This document shows positions 20,602 through 30,014 of a stretch of DNA of 64,000 nt, piece by piece (position 1 is the stretch's first letter; each line of letters opens with the position of its first letter). The notes beneath the pieces were generated by a model. That model was not told where the DNA came from. It did no database searches and saw nothing but the letters and a program-made list of their open reading frames with translations. Where the stretch lies: contig JANBVK010000001.1 in the NCBI GenBank assembly GCA_024239035.1, positions 235,010 to 299,009 on the forward strand, written 5' to 3'. The position numbers and the translations under genes are program-made. Origin of the DNA: Patescibacteria group bacterium. Its GTDB lineage: Bacteria > Patescibacteriota > Minisyncoccia > UBA6257 > GWB1-50-10.

Positions 20602-20653
20602 CTCCCCCTACAGAACGCATTCAGAACTCTGGATTGGGTTGGTATTAGGAAAG
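20602..20653 (+). repeat. Dispersed repeat family R1 (CTCCCCCTACAGAACGCATTCAGAACTCTGGATTGGGTTGGTATTAGGAAAG), copy 1
   Basis: Four copies of a near-identical sequence in this window, all in the same orientation and all intergenic. Confidence 0.85.
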
Positions 20654-20742
20654 GGCTGGGCGCTGTTAGAACTTGTTTAAGGTAAGGAAAAACTCCGAAG
20701 GGCTAAGCGGAGGGTTTGCCGACAATTACTATAAAAGACTGA

Positions 20743-21195
20743 TTAGAAAAACTTTGTTGCTTCCTTGAGAGATTTTACTGTTACCGTAGGATAACCTGTG
20801 GTTTCGTTTGGTAGTTCATTCGCAAATTTACCTCTCTGAATCCAAATAGTTTTGCAACCTTCCGCTATCGGAAATTGGAGCCTTCTCATTATGTCATCTA
20901 TAACTAAAATTTCTTCTGGCTTAAATTTAAAATTGCCGAATGCATTACGGAAAAGAGAATCTTTATCAGAGATATGAAAAAGCGCGAATCGAAAATATTT
21001 CCTAATGTCGTATTCGTCCATCTTCTCAAACCGTCCCTCAATGTCGTCATCAATTGCAAGAGATACTACTGCAAGGGGGTGTTTCTTGGAAGCGTATTCT
21101 AAAACCTCTTTAGTTTCGGGGAAAAGCCTCTCGTTTTCTTTGTCATAAATAGTACGCCCCCAATCGAAAATAATAGCTCTTATATTCTCTATCAT
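20743..21195 (-). CDS. HAD-superfamily-like hydrolase (divergent)
   Basis: N-terminal AIIFDWGRT resembles HAD motif I (hhhhDxDGT) with the second Asp replaced; 150 aa. Confidence 0.4.
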   Translation of the reverse strand: MIENIRAIIFDWGRTIYDKENERLFPETKEVLEYASKKHPLAVVSLAIDDDIEGRFEKMDEYDIRKYFRFALFHISDKDSLFRNAFGNFKFKPEEILVIDDIMRRLQFPIAEGCKTIWIQRGKFANELPNETTGYPTVTVKSLKEATKFF

Positions 21196-21266
21196 TTTAA
21201 ATATACTAGCATTGCCTTCTGTAGAAAGAAAATGTTTTACCTACTCGTCTTAATCTCTTGTGCTAG

Positions 21267-21323
21267 CTCCCCCTACAGAACGCATTCAGCCTGCCCGACC
21301 AGGGAACCTTGGATTAGAATAAG
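21267..21323 (+). repeat. Repeat family R1, copy 2 (with 17-nt internal insertion), 55 nt upstream of the ABC transporter gene
   Basis: CTCCCCCTACAGAACGCATTCAG[cctgcccgaccagggaa]CCTTGGATTAGAATAAG. Confidence 0.8.
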
Positions 21324-21378
21324 ATCAGGGAAGAAATAGCAAGTCTTAGAGTATCATTTAAAGTTACTCTTAGTTATA

Positions 21379-23169
21379 GTGAGGTTTGCAACTATGGTAA
21401 AAAATATTAAACAACTTAGCGGGTGGAGGATTATCTTTAAATATCTCCTCGAATACAAGCGAGAAATTGTTGCTCTCTCGGCTCTCGGGGTTATTTCTGC
21501 TCTTGCAAATGGCACTGTTCCATACATCGTGGGTAGTTTTTTTGATGCAATTCTTGATATGTCGAGCGTGTCATTTAGTACATCAATAATATTACCTTTA
21601 TGGGCAGTATTTTTAATACTCTGGAGTATCGCTCAGGCAGTAGCGAACGTGGTTGATTGGATTATCGGTAAGCAGAGTAGCAAGATAGGTACATTGCTCC
21701 ACGCCACATACCAGTCGAGAGCATTTAGTTACTTGCTCAAATTACCGCTCACCTTCCACGTTCACCATAAGTCGGGTGTGGTTTGGGATAAAATTTCACG
21801 GGCAAGCAATGCACTTTGGGGTATTGTCGAGAGAGTAATTATCACCATTGCACCACAACTTTTGAGCGTTATTGTAGGATTTACCATTGCCTTCTTTATA
21901 CATTCTGTGCTCGCTGTTATTTTGATAATAGGACTCTTACTTTATATCGGGACGTTGTTCAAAATCGTTCCCCCGCTTGTAAAACTCCAAAAAAAGGGAC
22001 ATAAAGCATGGAGTGAGGCATACGGGGATGCACACGATGCTCTTACAAATGTGCAGGCAGTCAAACAATCCACTGCTGAACTCTATGAAAACAAAAAAAT
22101 TAACCGTCGGTTTGTCAGTCAAGCCGCTCGCCTATGGTATAAGATAGAGCAAATCTGGGCTGGAATTAACTTCTACCAGCGAGTTGTAGTTGCGCTTACA
22201 CAACTTACTATATTTGTTCTCGCAGTTCACTTCATACAGGCCGGTGAGCTTACTATTGGGGGTCTCATTGCCCTAAACGGCTACGCAGCGATGATTTTGG
22301 GACCATTCGTGAGACTCGGTTATAACTGGCAGACAATACAAAACGGTGTTGTAGCAATTGAGCGAGCTGAGGAGTTACTCAAAACGCCTACAGAAAATTA
22401 CACGCCCAAGAACTTAATAAAACTTCAAGAATTACGTGGCGATGTAGAGTTCAAAAACGTTTCATTTACTTACAAGAATAACGAACCGGACGTGCTTAAT
22501 AATGTAAGTCTTAAAATTACACAAGGAAAAGTCATCGCTCTTGTGGGAGAGTCAGGTGTTGGTAAAAGCACGGTCGTAGATTTGATATCGGGGTATTATT
22601 TTCCAGACAAGGGCAAGGTGTTGGTTGATGGACACGACATTAAGAAGCTGGATTTAGAGTTTTTAAGAAAAAATATCGCTGTTGTTCCTCAGGAAATTGT
22701 GCTCTTTAACGATACTATCAAAACCAACATCAAGTATGGTAATTTTGGGGCAACCGATGAAGAAGTAGAAAAAGCGGCAAAGGCAGCACACGCAGATATT
22801 TTTATTGAAAAGTTCCCCAAAAAGTACAATCAGGTTGTAGGAGAACGAGGTATCAAGCTCTCAGTAGGACAAAAACAGCGTGTGGCAATTGCACGAGCGA
22901 TACTCAGAAACCCTAGAATCCTCATTCTTGATGAACCCACAAGCGCACTTGATGTAAAAACAGAACAGTTTATTGCAGAATCTCTTAAAACTCTTATGGA
23001 GGGAAAAACAACGTTTATCATCGCTCATCGTTTAAGCACGGTGAGGAATGCTGATAAAATAATTGTTTTTGATAAAGGGAAGGTAGTTGAGAAAGGTAGG
23101 CACGAAGAATTGATACAGAAGGATGGTGTATACCAACGTCTCTACAAACTCCATGTTGGGTTACGGTAA
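21379..23169 (+). CDS. ABC transporter, fused permease/ATPase (type I exporter, MsbA/ABCB-like)
   Basis: Six-TM N-terminal domain, then Walker A GESGVGKST, signature LSVGQKQR and Walker B ILILDEPTSALD. Confidence 0.9.
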   Translation: MRFATMVKNIKQLSGWRIIFKYLLEYKREIVALSALGVISALANGTVPYIVGSFFDAILDMSSVSFSTSIILPLWAVFLILWSIAQAVANVVDWIIGKQSSKIGTLLHATYQSRAFSYLLKLPLTFHVHHKSGVVWDKISRASNALWGIVERVIITIAPQLLSVIVGFTIAFFIHSVLAVILIIGLLLYIGTLFKIVPPLVKLQKKGHKAWSEAYGDAHDALTNVQAVKQSTAELYENKKINRRFVSQAARLWYKIEQIWAGINFYQRVVVALTQLTIFVLAVHFIQAGELTIGGLIALNGYAAMILGPFVRLGYNWQTIQNGVVAIERAEELLKTPTENYTPKNLIKLQELRGDVEFKNVSFTYKNNEPDVLNNVSLKITQGKVIALVGESGVGKSTVVDLISGYYFPDKGKVLVDGHDIKKLDLEFLRKNIAVVPQEIVLFNDTIKTNIKYGNFGATDEEVEKAAKAAHADIFIEKFPKKYNQVVGERGIKLSVGQKQRVAIARAILRNPRILILDEPTSALDVKTEQFIAESLKTLMEGKTTFIIAHRLSTVRNADKIIVFDKGKVVEKGRHEELIQKDGVYQRLYKLHVGLR

Positions 23170-23186
23170 ACTTTTATATCCTCGGT

Positions 23187-23305
23187 CAGGACTCAAACCG
23201 ATCGGCTCGAAACCTGCTTAAACGAATCAATTATCCATTGTCCTCACTTTGTCCACATATGTGGACAAAGTGAGGACACAGCAGATCTGCTTGAAAATCA
23301 AATCA
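23187..23305. repeat. Composite repeat family R2/R3, copy A: a roughly 50-nt block (CAGGACTCAAACCGATCGGCTCGAAACCTGCTTAAACGAATCAAT), a 38-bp perfect palindrome GTCCTCACTTTGTCCACATATGTGGACAAAGTGAGGAC (23240-23277), and a conserved tail ACAGCAGATCTGCTTGAAAA
   Basis: Seen directly. The palindrome core TTGTCCACA / TGTGGACAA is a 1-mismatch DnaA-box-like 9-mer in inverted orientation. Confidence 0.85.
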
Positions 23306-23341
23306 AGTTAAGAAAAGACGCACAAGAAGAGTTAAATCTAT

Positions 23342-24073
23342 TTAGTTTCTAAAAAGAAGGGTAGCGCCAATGGCTGCACCGTTTTCTTGAAGGGCAGATT
23401 TTTTTGTTTTACATTTTACCCCTCGTTTTATTAGTTCGGTTTTTAATTTAACAAAGAGGTTTTTCTTCCCCTTTTTGATAACTCCACCGCCGAATATAAT
23501 GGTATCCGGTTTGTAATATTTTATAATCGGCAGTAAGTGTTGAGCGATAAAAATTGTAAGCCTTATCTTTTTTCCGCTTCTTATTTTTTGGTATTGTTTT
23601 TCCCACTTTTCAGGATATTCAAATCTTTTTATCTTTTTCACCCTCCCATTTTTTACGAAAGCTCTTCCAATGCCTGTGCCTAACGTAATTACTAAAAGAT
23701 TTTTTGATTTTTTTCCAGCGCCCAATAAATATTCTCCTTTAGCAAAAGCCCTGGCGTCGTTATCCACTTTTAGTTTTAAGGATCGCGGAAAAATGCCCGC
23801 GAGATCCATTTTTTTAAGATAGGGAATATTAGGACTAAAAACTATAGTGTTTTTATTAATTACTCCGGCAGAGCCCACGCCTATTTTTGATACTCGATGA
23901 CCTTTCTGTAAAAATTTATTGGTAATTTCGTGAAGGATTTTTATAAACTCGCTTTTGTTTAGCGGGGTTTTCTTCTCATAAGAGGCCTTAATCCTTTTGC
24001 CATCCCATAAGATAGCTCTTATTTTTGAGCCGCCAATATCAATACCTATAATATCGCTTTTATGCGTCCTCAT
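23342..24073 (-). CDS. ROK-family sugar kinase / transcriptional-regulator-like ATPase; start probably at 24073 (MRTHKSDIIGIDIGGSKI)
   Basis: IGIDIGGSKIR is an actin-like ATPase phosphate-1 motif typical of ROK/glucokinase. The ORF track extends to 24136, but the M at 24073 gives a sensible 62-nt divergent intergenic gap. Confidence 0.7.
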   Translation of the reverse strand: MRTHKSDIIGIDIGGSKIRAILWDGKRIKASYEKKTPLNKSEFIKILHEITNKFLQKGHRVSKIGVGSAGVINKNTIVFSPNIPYLKKMDLAGIFPRSLKLKVDNDARAFAKGEYLLGAGKKSKNLLVITLGTGIGRAFVKNGRVKKIKRFEYPEKWEKQYQKIRSGKKIRLTIFIAQHLLPIIKYYKPDTIIFGGGVIKKGKKNLFVKLKTELIKRGVKCKTKKSALQENGAAIGATLLFRN

Positions 24074-24135
24074 CTTTTCTATTGTAACAAACGCAATAAT
24101 AGTATTTATCTCTATTTGCCACTGGGCGTGATACA

Positions 24136-25365
24136 ATGGAACATGTTAATATTCATGAAACTGTGAAAAAGCTCCTGGACGATAACATAAAAGACGCTGT
24201 TTTGAAACTCATGCTTAAAAATAGACGGCAGGCCGGGGAATATCAGTACACGCTCCCATCCACCGAGACGTACCCCTATCAGTGGCTATGGGATTCCTGT
24301 TTTCATGCCATTATTTTAAACCATTTCAGCGCGGACGATGCTCAAAAAGAGATTTTGTCATTTCTTTCTAAACAATTCGACAACGGCCTTATTCCTCATA
24401 TGATCTATTGGGAAAAAGCGGATGTTTTTAATATTAATTGGGGCACTGAAGGGACCAGCAGCATCACCCAGCCTCCGATGGTTGCCTATGCGGTGTGGCG
24501 AATCTTTCAAAAAAATGGAGATGAAAAGTTCCTAAGGAAGGTGTATCCGAATCTTTTTCATTTTTACAAATATTTAATCAATGAAAGAGATCCACATGAA
24601 CAAAATCTCGTTGGCATCATAACTCCAGACGAATCTGGTGAAGATAATTCACCTCGCTTTGACGAACCCCTTGGTCTTCCCCCCATCCATTCCAGAAAAA
24701 CGAACTTCAAAAGAAGGCTCAAATTAATCGATGAAAATAGGAAATGCAATTTTGATGCACCGTTCTGTATGAAAAACTTCTTCTGGGTAAAGGACGTTCC
24801 CTTTAATGCGATTATGGTGGAAAACTTAAAATGCCTCGCTCACATTGCTGAGCGACTCGGTCATGACTATGATGCCGAATACTTTGGCAAACAGCGGCAA
24901 GAAATCATTGACGCGATGCGTGAACTTATGTTCGAAGATGGCATATTCTGGACAACCTATGGCGAAGATTACAAAAAAATTAAAGTAAAAACATGGGCGC
25001 TCTTTGCGCCACTCTTTGCAAAAATCCCCACACAAGAAGAGGCTGAACTACTGGTGAATACGTATCTTCTCAATAAGGAAGAATTTTGGACAGAGTATCC
25101 CCTCCCCACTGTTTCTCTCGGAGAACCGTCATTTAATGCTGAAGGATATTGGCGTGGTCCCACATGGTTTGCTCCAAATTGGTTCATCTATAAGGGGCTT
25201 ATCCAGTATGGCTTCATGGATATAGCTTCCAAACTTAAAAATAGTTCTCTCAAACTTCTTAAGAAATCAGGTTTCCGTGAACAATTCAATCCCCAAACAG
25301 GAAAAGGTCTTGGGGCAAAAGAATTCACCTGGGGCGGACTGATCATTGATATGAATGACACATAA
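24136..25365 (+). CDS. Six-hairpin glycoside hydrolase (GH63 / GH37 trehalase-like)
   Basis: YPYQWLWDSCFH resembles trehalase signature 1 (Y-x-W-D-x-Y). YWRGPTWFAPNW resembles signature 2 (Q-W-D-x-P-x-G-W-A-P). Confidence 0.55.
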   Translation: MEHVNIHETVKKLLDDNIKDAVLKLMLKNRRQAGEYQYTLPSTETYPYQWLWDSCFHAIILNHFSADDAQKEILSFLSKQFDNGLIPHMIYWEKADVFNINWGTEGTSSITQPPMVAYAVWRIFQKNGDEKFLRKVYPNLFHFYKYLINERDPHEQNLVGIITPDESGEDNSPRFDEPLGLPPIHSRKTNFKRRLKLIDENRKCNFDAPFCMKNFFWVKDVPFNAIMVENLKCLAHIAERLGHDYDAEYFGKQRQEIIDAMRELMFEDGIFWTTYGEDYKKIKVKTWALFAPLFAKIPTQEEAELLVNTYLLNKEEFWTEYPLPTVSLGEPSFNAEGYWRGPTWFAPNWFIYKGLIQYGFMDIASKLKNSSLKLLKKSGFREQFNPQTGKGLGAKEFTWGGLIIDMNDT

Positions 25366-25426
25366 TCTTTCGATGAATTGAAAAAAATGAAAGCCCGTGC
25401 CCACACCAGACCTTGGCTCCCCCTAC

Positions 25427-25468
25427 AGAACGCGTTCAGAACTCTGGATTGGGCTGTTATTAGGAAAG
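25427..25468 (+). repeat. Repeat family R1, copy 3
   Basis: CTCCCCCTACAGAACGCGTTCAGAACTCTGGATTGGGCTGTTATTAGGAAAG. Confidence 0.85.
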
Positions 25469-25564
25469 AATTGGCAGCGTCGCCTGCTTTTGTATAGAAA
25501 AAGACCGCCCGAAGGAGGTCTTCCTTTGAGCGGTTTGTTGTTTTCATGGGATAGAGCGTAGACG

Positions 25565-26122
25565 TCAATTTGCCTTTAGCGATTTCCCATACGCTGCGAT
25601 TACGATGATGAAACTGAAGGCTTGTTGGAGTGCCAGAAGTGGATATTCCTGCATCCACATCAGAGTTCCTGCAGACCCGTTCATTAGTAGATACCAAGGC
25701 CACCCCGTTGGATTCTTTCTAGCAAGAAGATATGTCCCGACGAGAAATCCAATCGCAACACCAAGCTCCAACGCCTGAGTGAGCGTCACAAGTCCACCAA
25801 AGACGTACAAGCTAACACCAATTCCAACGAACGTCATTACTATTGCGAAAGTATTGAGCCACTCTGGTTCCTTACCACTACCACGAAGGGCAATAATTAG
25901 CCCGAGAACCATTGATGGCGCACCTCCGCCCTCGACAAAGATGAGAATCAAATCACTTTCAATGAAAAAGATTACCATCCACATTGGAAGACCGATAAGA
26001 TATGCTATCCATCCAGAGATTCTCCAGCGACGCCCACAAACTGACTCATCTCCCTCTGCAATGAGGAGGAAGACTTTTTGCAGAAGATAGCCGAGACCAG
26101 CAAATGCTTCGACGACTCCCAT
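25565..26122 (-). CDS. Small polytopic membrane protein, possibly a PnuC-like transporter
   Basis: 185 aa, Trp-rich TM helices (NPTGWPWYLLMNGSAGTLMWMQ) reminiscent of the PnuC family; weak. Confidence 0.35.
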   Translation of the reverse strand: MGVVEAFAGLGYLLQKVFLLIAEGDESVCGRRWRISGWIAYLIGLPMWMVIFFIESDLILIFVEGGGAPSMVLGLIIALRGSGKEPEWLNTFAIVMTFVGIGVSLYVFGGLVTLTQALELGVAIGFLVGTYLLARKNPTGWPWYLLMNGSAGTLMWMQEYPLLALQQAFSFIIVIAAYGKSLKAN

Positions 26123-26199
26123 TGCAACCTCCTCTCAAGTGTTCTGTTAAAATATCTAGTAGAGATTATATCAGATATTTAGAATACGTCAAGTAATAG

Positions 26200-26250
26200 C
26201 TCCCCCTACAGGACGCGTTCAGAACTCTTGATTGGATTGGGATTAGGAGA
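26200..26250 (+). repeat. Repeat family R1, copy 4
   Basis: CTCCCCCTACAGGACGCGTTCAGAACTCTTGATTGGATTGGGATTAGGAGAG. Confidence 0.85.
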
Positions 26251-26335
26251 GATTTAGAAACTATAGTTGGTTTTATAAAAATGGAAAAGGCGGGTGCAGT
26301 TTGTCACTGACCCGCCCTCTCTGCTGTATTCGCTA

Positions 26336-26815
26336 TTAGAAAATGAACCTAATAGACCGTTCCTCAATGATGCGTATCTGGATGGTCTCTATGGGCTCAT
26401 TAAGCCGAAGCGCTTTACCTACGACGGCTCGCATGAAACAGTGGCCCTCCGAGCTTCCGGTGATCTCCATAGTAGATTCGAGCCACCCGTCGAGTCCTTC
26501 ACGTTCGCCCCTGCGAAGTAGCGGTCGTAATGTCTGCAGCAGCTCCCCACCAGTTTCCTCGCGCCTCTTTGATTCCTCATTGATACACAGAAGGCACGCG
26601 GACAAGCCATCTTCGAAGCCGATGTGAGGCCTCTGGTGTTTCTCGCAGTAGAGACCTGACTTGATCGCACAAGGGACACAGCTAGTGAGCTTATCGTTCC
26701 CGCGTGCTTTAGGGAGAAGCACGATTACTTCAGGATCTTTACCGCAGATCTCGCATCCCGCTAGTGTCTCAGACATATAGGTTAATCCTTTTCCGATAGT
26801 TGGTAAAATATTCAA
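26336..26815 (-). CDS. Cys-rich hypothetical protein (zinc-ribbon-like CxxC pairs)
   Basis: CEICGK...CVPCAI...CEKH...CLLC spacing suggests two zinc knuckles; 159 aa. Confidence 0.45.
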   Translation of the reverse strand: MNILPTIGKGLTYMSETLAGCEICGKDPEVIVLLPKARGNDKLTSCVPCAIKSGLYCEKHQRPHIGFEDGLSACLLCINEESKRREETGGELLQTLRPLLRRGEREGLDGWLESTMEITGSSEGHCFMRAVVGKALRLNEPIETIQIRIIEERSIRFIF

Positions 26816-26872
26816 AGAGCAAAAACAAGATACTACACTACATGGTAGTCCGTCAATACCTAGCTCCGCGAG

Positions 26873-27320
26873 CAGGACTCAAACCGATCGGCCTGAAACC
26901 TACTTAAACAAATCAATCACTGCTGATTCTAACTGTCCTCACTTTGTCCACATACGTGGATAAAGTGAGGACACGGTAGATCTGCCTGAAAACCGAAAAA
27001 TTAATTTAAAACTGTAACCGGGTGGCCGGTAAAGAGCGGAGTATTTACGACGTCGCCCAAATTGCACGGCTCGCCCACGTAGAGAGCAAATTCCACTTCC
27101 CTGCCCAATAAATCACTAGACACTGCAGTGCCGCTCAAAGAAGAAAAGTGCGTTTCGTACTGCCAGCTGCTTATTTTTTCTTAGCGAGGAACAAGCTTAG
27201 AAAAACAAGTATCCCGAGCGAGTCTCAAACGAATGTGAGAGACGACGAGGGACTACCAAATATTGATTCGGAAAGAAACTAACGAAAAATGAGCCAGTCG
27301 ATTGGCTTATTTTTCGGATT
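26873..27320. repeat. Composite repeat family R2/R3, copy B: the 50-nt block, a palindrome at 26935-26972 (GTCCTCACTTTGTCCACATACGTGGATAAAGTGAGGAC), a CCGGTAAAGAGCGGAGTATTTAC block, a roughly 225-nt insert, and a terminator-like block AACGAAAAATGAGCCAGTCGATTGGCTTATTTTTCGGATT (27279-27320)
   Basis: Shares the 50-nt block and tail with copy A, and shares the CCGGTAAA.AGCGGAG block and the terminator block with copy C. Confidence 0.85.
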
Positions 27321-27598
27321 AAATAATACACAACAATTTCGAATCCCAGCCCGGCAGCCAGTTAGTGGGAGGTTCAAGTGACCTGATTGGTTCACAAATC
27401 TCACTAATTTCTATTATTCATAAATTTGTTAAAATAAGACTACGAATACAGTTGAGAAAAAAGTATGGTCAGAATATTTTCAACAAATTCTTGATGTTAA
27501 AAGGACTTTTGAACTTAGACTGAACAATTTTGAAATTAATGAAGGCGGTAAAGCCGCAACGTGTTAAAGAGGTGGAAGATGACTCAACCTAATTCGTT

Positions 27599-29320
27599 AT
27601 GCCTAATGATAAACAAGAAACAACTAGCGAAATTAAACTAATCGGCACGATGCCGACTTATAGGGACTTATTTCCTGAACAAGGAGCTGTTGGAGAAAAA
27701 TTTGTAATAAGGATTTTACAAAACCTCTATCAGAGAGATTGTTTATTGATTTTGTATCAACTTTCTAAACATTATTACAAATATTGCCAGAAAGGTTGCG
27801 GAGGGAAAAATAGTCTAGATATTTACAAACAGAGATGTTTTGAACTGGTAAGTTCAGAAATACAGGAAAAAATAAAAAAGAAAAACCCAATGCCACCTAG
27901 GGACTATATGATCATTTTTCCTGAGCCATCAATAGTCCATTTAGTTAAGCTTTGTTTGCGATATTGCGACAACGCAGACTACACAAAAAATGGCGTAGAG
28001 TTCTCACAAGAAACTCTACACAATATCGGCAAGAGTTTACTTGTAGTTAATTCTATCTTCGCAGATTGGCAGTTAAAAAATACCAGCGAAAAAACTCGAA
28101 TGACCCTTGATTTATTGGCTAATCTTACAAAACAGCAAATTGTAGATAAAAACTTTGAGATGTCTCAGAAGATGTATCAGAACTACTTTATCTTTAAAAA
28201 ACTATTAAATAACTACAATGCCAAGTTTGATCTTCAAAGTCTTTTTCAGGAAAAGTTTGGTGTCGAGGTGCAGGAGTATTTCGCTTTCCTAGCGGTGCTT
28301 CAGGGGCAATACGATATTAAAGATATACTAGATGAAGATTGGGCGTTGCCATTCTTAGACTTCGACATTGCGTTAAAGAATTTAAAATCAAAATATAAAC
28401 ATAAACTTTTAGATAGCCTCCTAATTAATAATATGAACTATAAAAATCTTAGCATGAGCTTTTTTGATGTGACCGATGTCATAAAAAGGCCACTTGTGAA
28501 GTTACCAGATAATAAAATAATACCCCTGAGTTTACGTCGACTTTTTAACCGGCTCTCAACCTCTGTTTATTTTGATTTACTAGACTCTCTAACCAATAAA
28601 AAAGAAAAAGATAAATTTTCTCAGTATTTTGGATATGCTGTGGAAGACTATTTTCGAGATTTAATTCGTTCTATAGATAGTAGCGTCTTGTTTCCGCGCT
28701 ACGGTAAAGCCGATGAACAAGAAGCAAATGATGCAGTTTTGGTTCAAAAGGATGCAGTTATATTTTTTGAATGCAAAAAACGCCCATTTCATAACCTCGA
28801 ATTTCTTCAAAAGGGCAACGGCGACTATTACCTGGATAGACTTAGAGAGTCTTACTTCAAACCACTAGATCAGATTTGTGAAAGAATTAAAGATTTTAGA
28901 GATGGTAAGTTCTCTGTCGAAGGTGTTGGGAACGATGCACTTGTATATCCGGTGGTTGTATCTCCTGCAACTCCACCACTTTTTTCTGGAGCTTGGGACA
29001 AGTTTAATTTGAATCAATATGTTTTGCCTAAATATTACAATGAGGATAAGAGCATAGCCCCACCAGAGTTTATTGATTTTTCAGAGTTAGAACATATAGA
29101 GGAAGTCCTTAAAAGACAGCAAGATATTGATATTGTCGACCTGATAAAAAGGAAACGGGCTGATACAACGTATCACAGCGCTAATTTTTTGGTGTTTCTC
29201 CATAAAAACCATATGGTCTTTCACAATAAGAGATTATTGGAAAAGTATTTGAGCGAAGTTAAAAGCTTCAAAGAACTTCTTTTTAAAGATAGTGAGAAAA
29301 GGTCGATAGGTGGAAAGTGA
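27599..29320 (+). CDS. Orphan hypothetical protein (573 aa), very AT-rich, bracketed by composite repeats; possible defence or abortive-infection-type protein
   Basis: Long ORF with Lys/Asn/Tyr-rich composition, clearly different from its neighbours. A candidate PD-(D/E)xK-like motif (VQKDAVIFFECKK) is a weak indication only. Confidence 0.6.
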   Translation: MPNDKQETTSEIKLIGTMPTYRDLFPEQGAVGEKFVIRILQNLYQRDCLLILYQLSKHYYKYCQKGCGGKNSLDIYKQRCFELVSSEIQEKIKKKNPMPPRDYMIIFPEPSIVHLVKLCLRYCDNADYTKNGVEFSQETLHNIGKSLLVVNSIFADWQLKNTSEKTRMTLDLLANLTKQQIVDKNFEMSQKMYQNYFIFKKLLNNYNAKFDLQSLFQEKFGVEVQEYFAFLAVLQGQYDIKDILDEDWALPFLDFDIALKNLKSKYKHKLLDSLLINNMNYKNLSMSFFDVTDVIKRPLVKLPDNKIIPLSLRRLFNRLSTSVYFDLLDSLTNKKEKDKFSQYFGYAVEDYFRDLIRSIDSSVLFPRYGKADEQEANDAVLVQKDAVIFFECKKRPFHNLEFLQKGNGDYYLDRLRESYFKPLDQICERIKDFRDGKFSVEGVGNDALVYPVVVSPATPPLFSGAWDKFNLNQYVLPKYYNEDKSIAPPEFIDFSELEHIEEVLKRQQDIDIVDLIKRKRADTTYHSANFLVFLHKNHMVFHNKRLLEKYLSEVKSFKELLFKDSEKRSIGGK

Positions 29321-29451
29321 TAAGGGGGTGTGTCTCATTTGTCTCATTTACCATATAACACCCCTGACCCGAGTGGGTTGATTCTCGTGCTATAATAGCT
29401 TCAAAGAACCCCCTAAACACCCCCATTAAAACAAATCACCTTTATTTTCAT

Positions 29452-29628
29452 GTCCTCAATATGTCCACGTATGTGGATAAATTGAGGACAAATGAAATCC
29501 GCTCTGATAATCAATGTCTCCTACTCAACAAATTATCAATTGGAAACGGTAACTGGGTAGCCGGTAAAAAGCGGAGAATTTACTGCAAACGAAAAATGAG
29601 CCAGTCAATTGGCTCATTTTTCGGATTG
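29452..29628. repeat. Composite repeat family R2/R3, copy C: palindrome GTCCTCAATATGTCCACGTATGTGGATAAATTGAGGAC (29452-29489), a CCGGTAAAAAGCGGAGAATTTAC block, and a terminator-like AACGAAAAATGAGCCAGTCAATTGGCTCATTTTTCGGATT (29586-29625)
   Basis: Direct comparison with copy B; the terminator hairpin TGAGCCagtcaattGGCTCA has an A-run and a T-run on either side, so it could terminate in both directions. Confidence 0.85.
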
Positions 29629-29964
29629 TGGTTTTATACGATAAACCACTCCTCTACCAATTTTGCCCACTTGTTCCACGCCACCTTCTTTTTCGAGCTC
29701 CTCCATATAGCGGGCAACAGACCTGCGAGAGATACCTAAAACCTCACGAATATCGGAATTGGTAAGTTCTGGCCGCTCTTTAAGGAGTTCAAGGATTCTC
29801 ACTTTGTTCTTATTCTTCCTAACAGTTCTGTCTAGTGCGATATTACAAATTCCCGCAAACTCTTTCGCGGTGGTTGTGTCATGCTTTTTTGCCTCACTAC
29901 AAGACAACCAGAACAGGATAAACAAAAGGGCAACAAAGAGAAAAAGAAAGATTAATAAATTCAT
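29614..29964 (-). CDS. Membrane-anchored winged-helix (HTH) transcriptional regulator
   Basis: N-terminal TM (LLIFLFLFVALLFILFWL), then a C-terminal HTH (LTNSDIREVLGISRRSVARYMEELEKEG). Confidence 0.6.
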   Translation of the reverse strand: MNLLIFLFLFVALLFILFWLSCSEAKKHDTTTAKEFAGICNIALDRTVRKNKNKVRILELLKERPELTNSDIREVLGISRRSVARYMEELEKEGGVEQVGKIGRGVVYRIKPQSEK

Positions 29965-30014
29965 GCTTTAAATTTATACCTGCTTTAGCTATCGTGTCAG
30001 ATCCTGCCGAGGTT

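Noticed and set aside
23187-23239. Reverse complement of the 50-nt repeat block resembles a tRNA T-arm (GGTTTGAGTCC / GGTTTCGAGCC)
   Set aside because: It cannot be folded into acceptor and T stems, and the same block recurs at 26873 as part of a repeat. It is probably coincidental or a tRNA-derived relic, not a tRNA gene.
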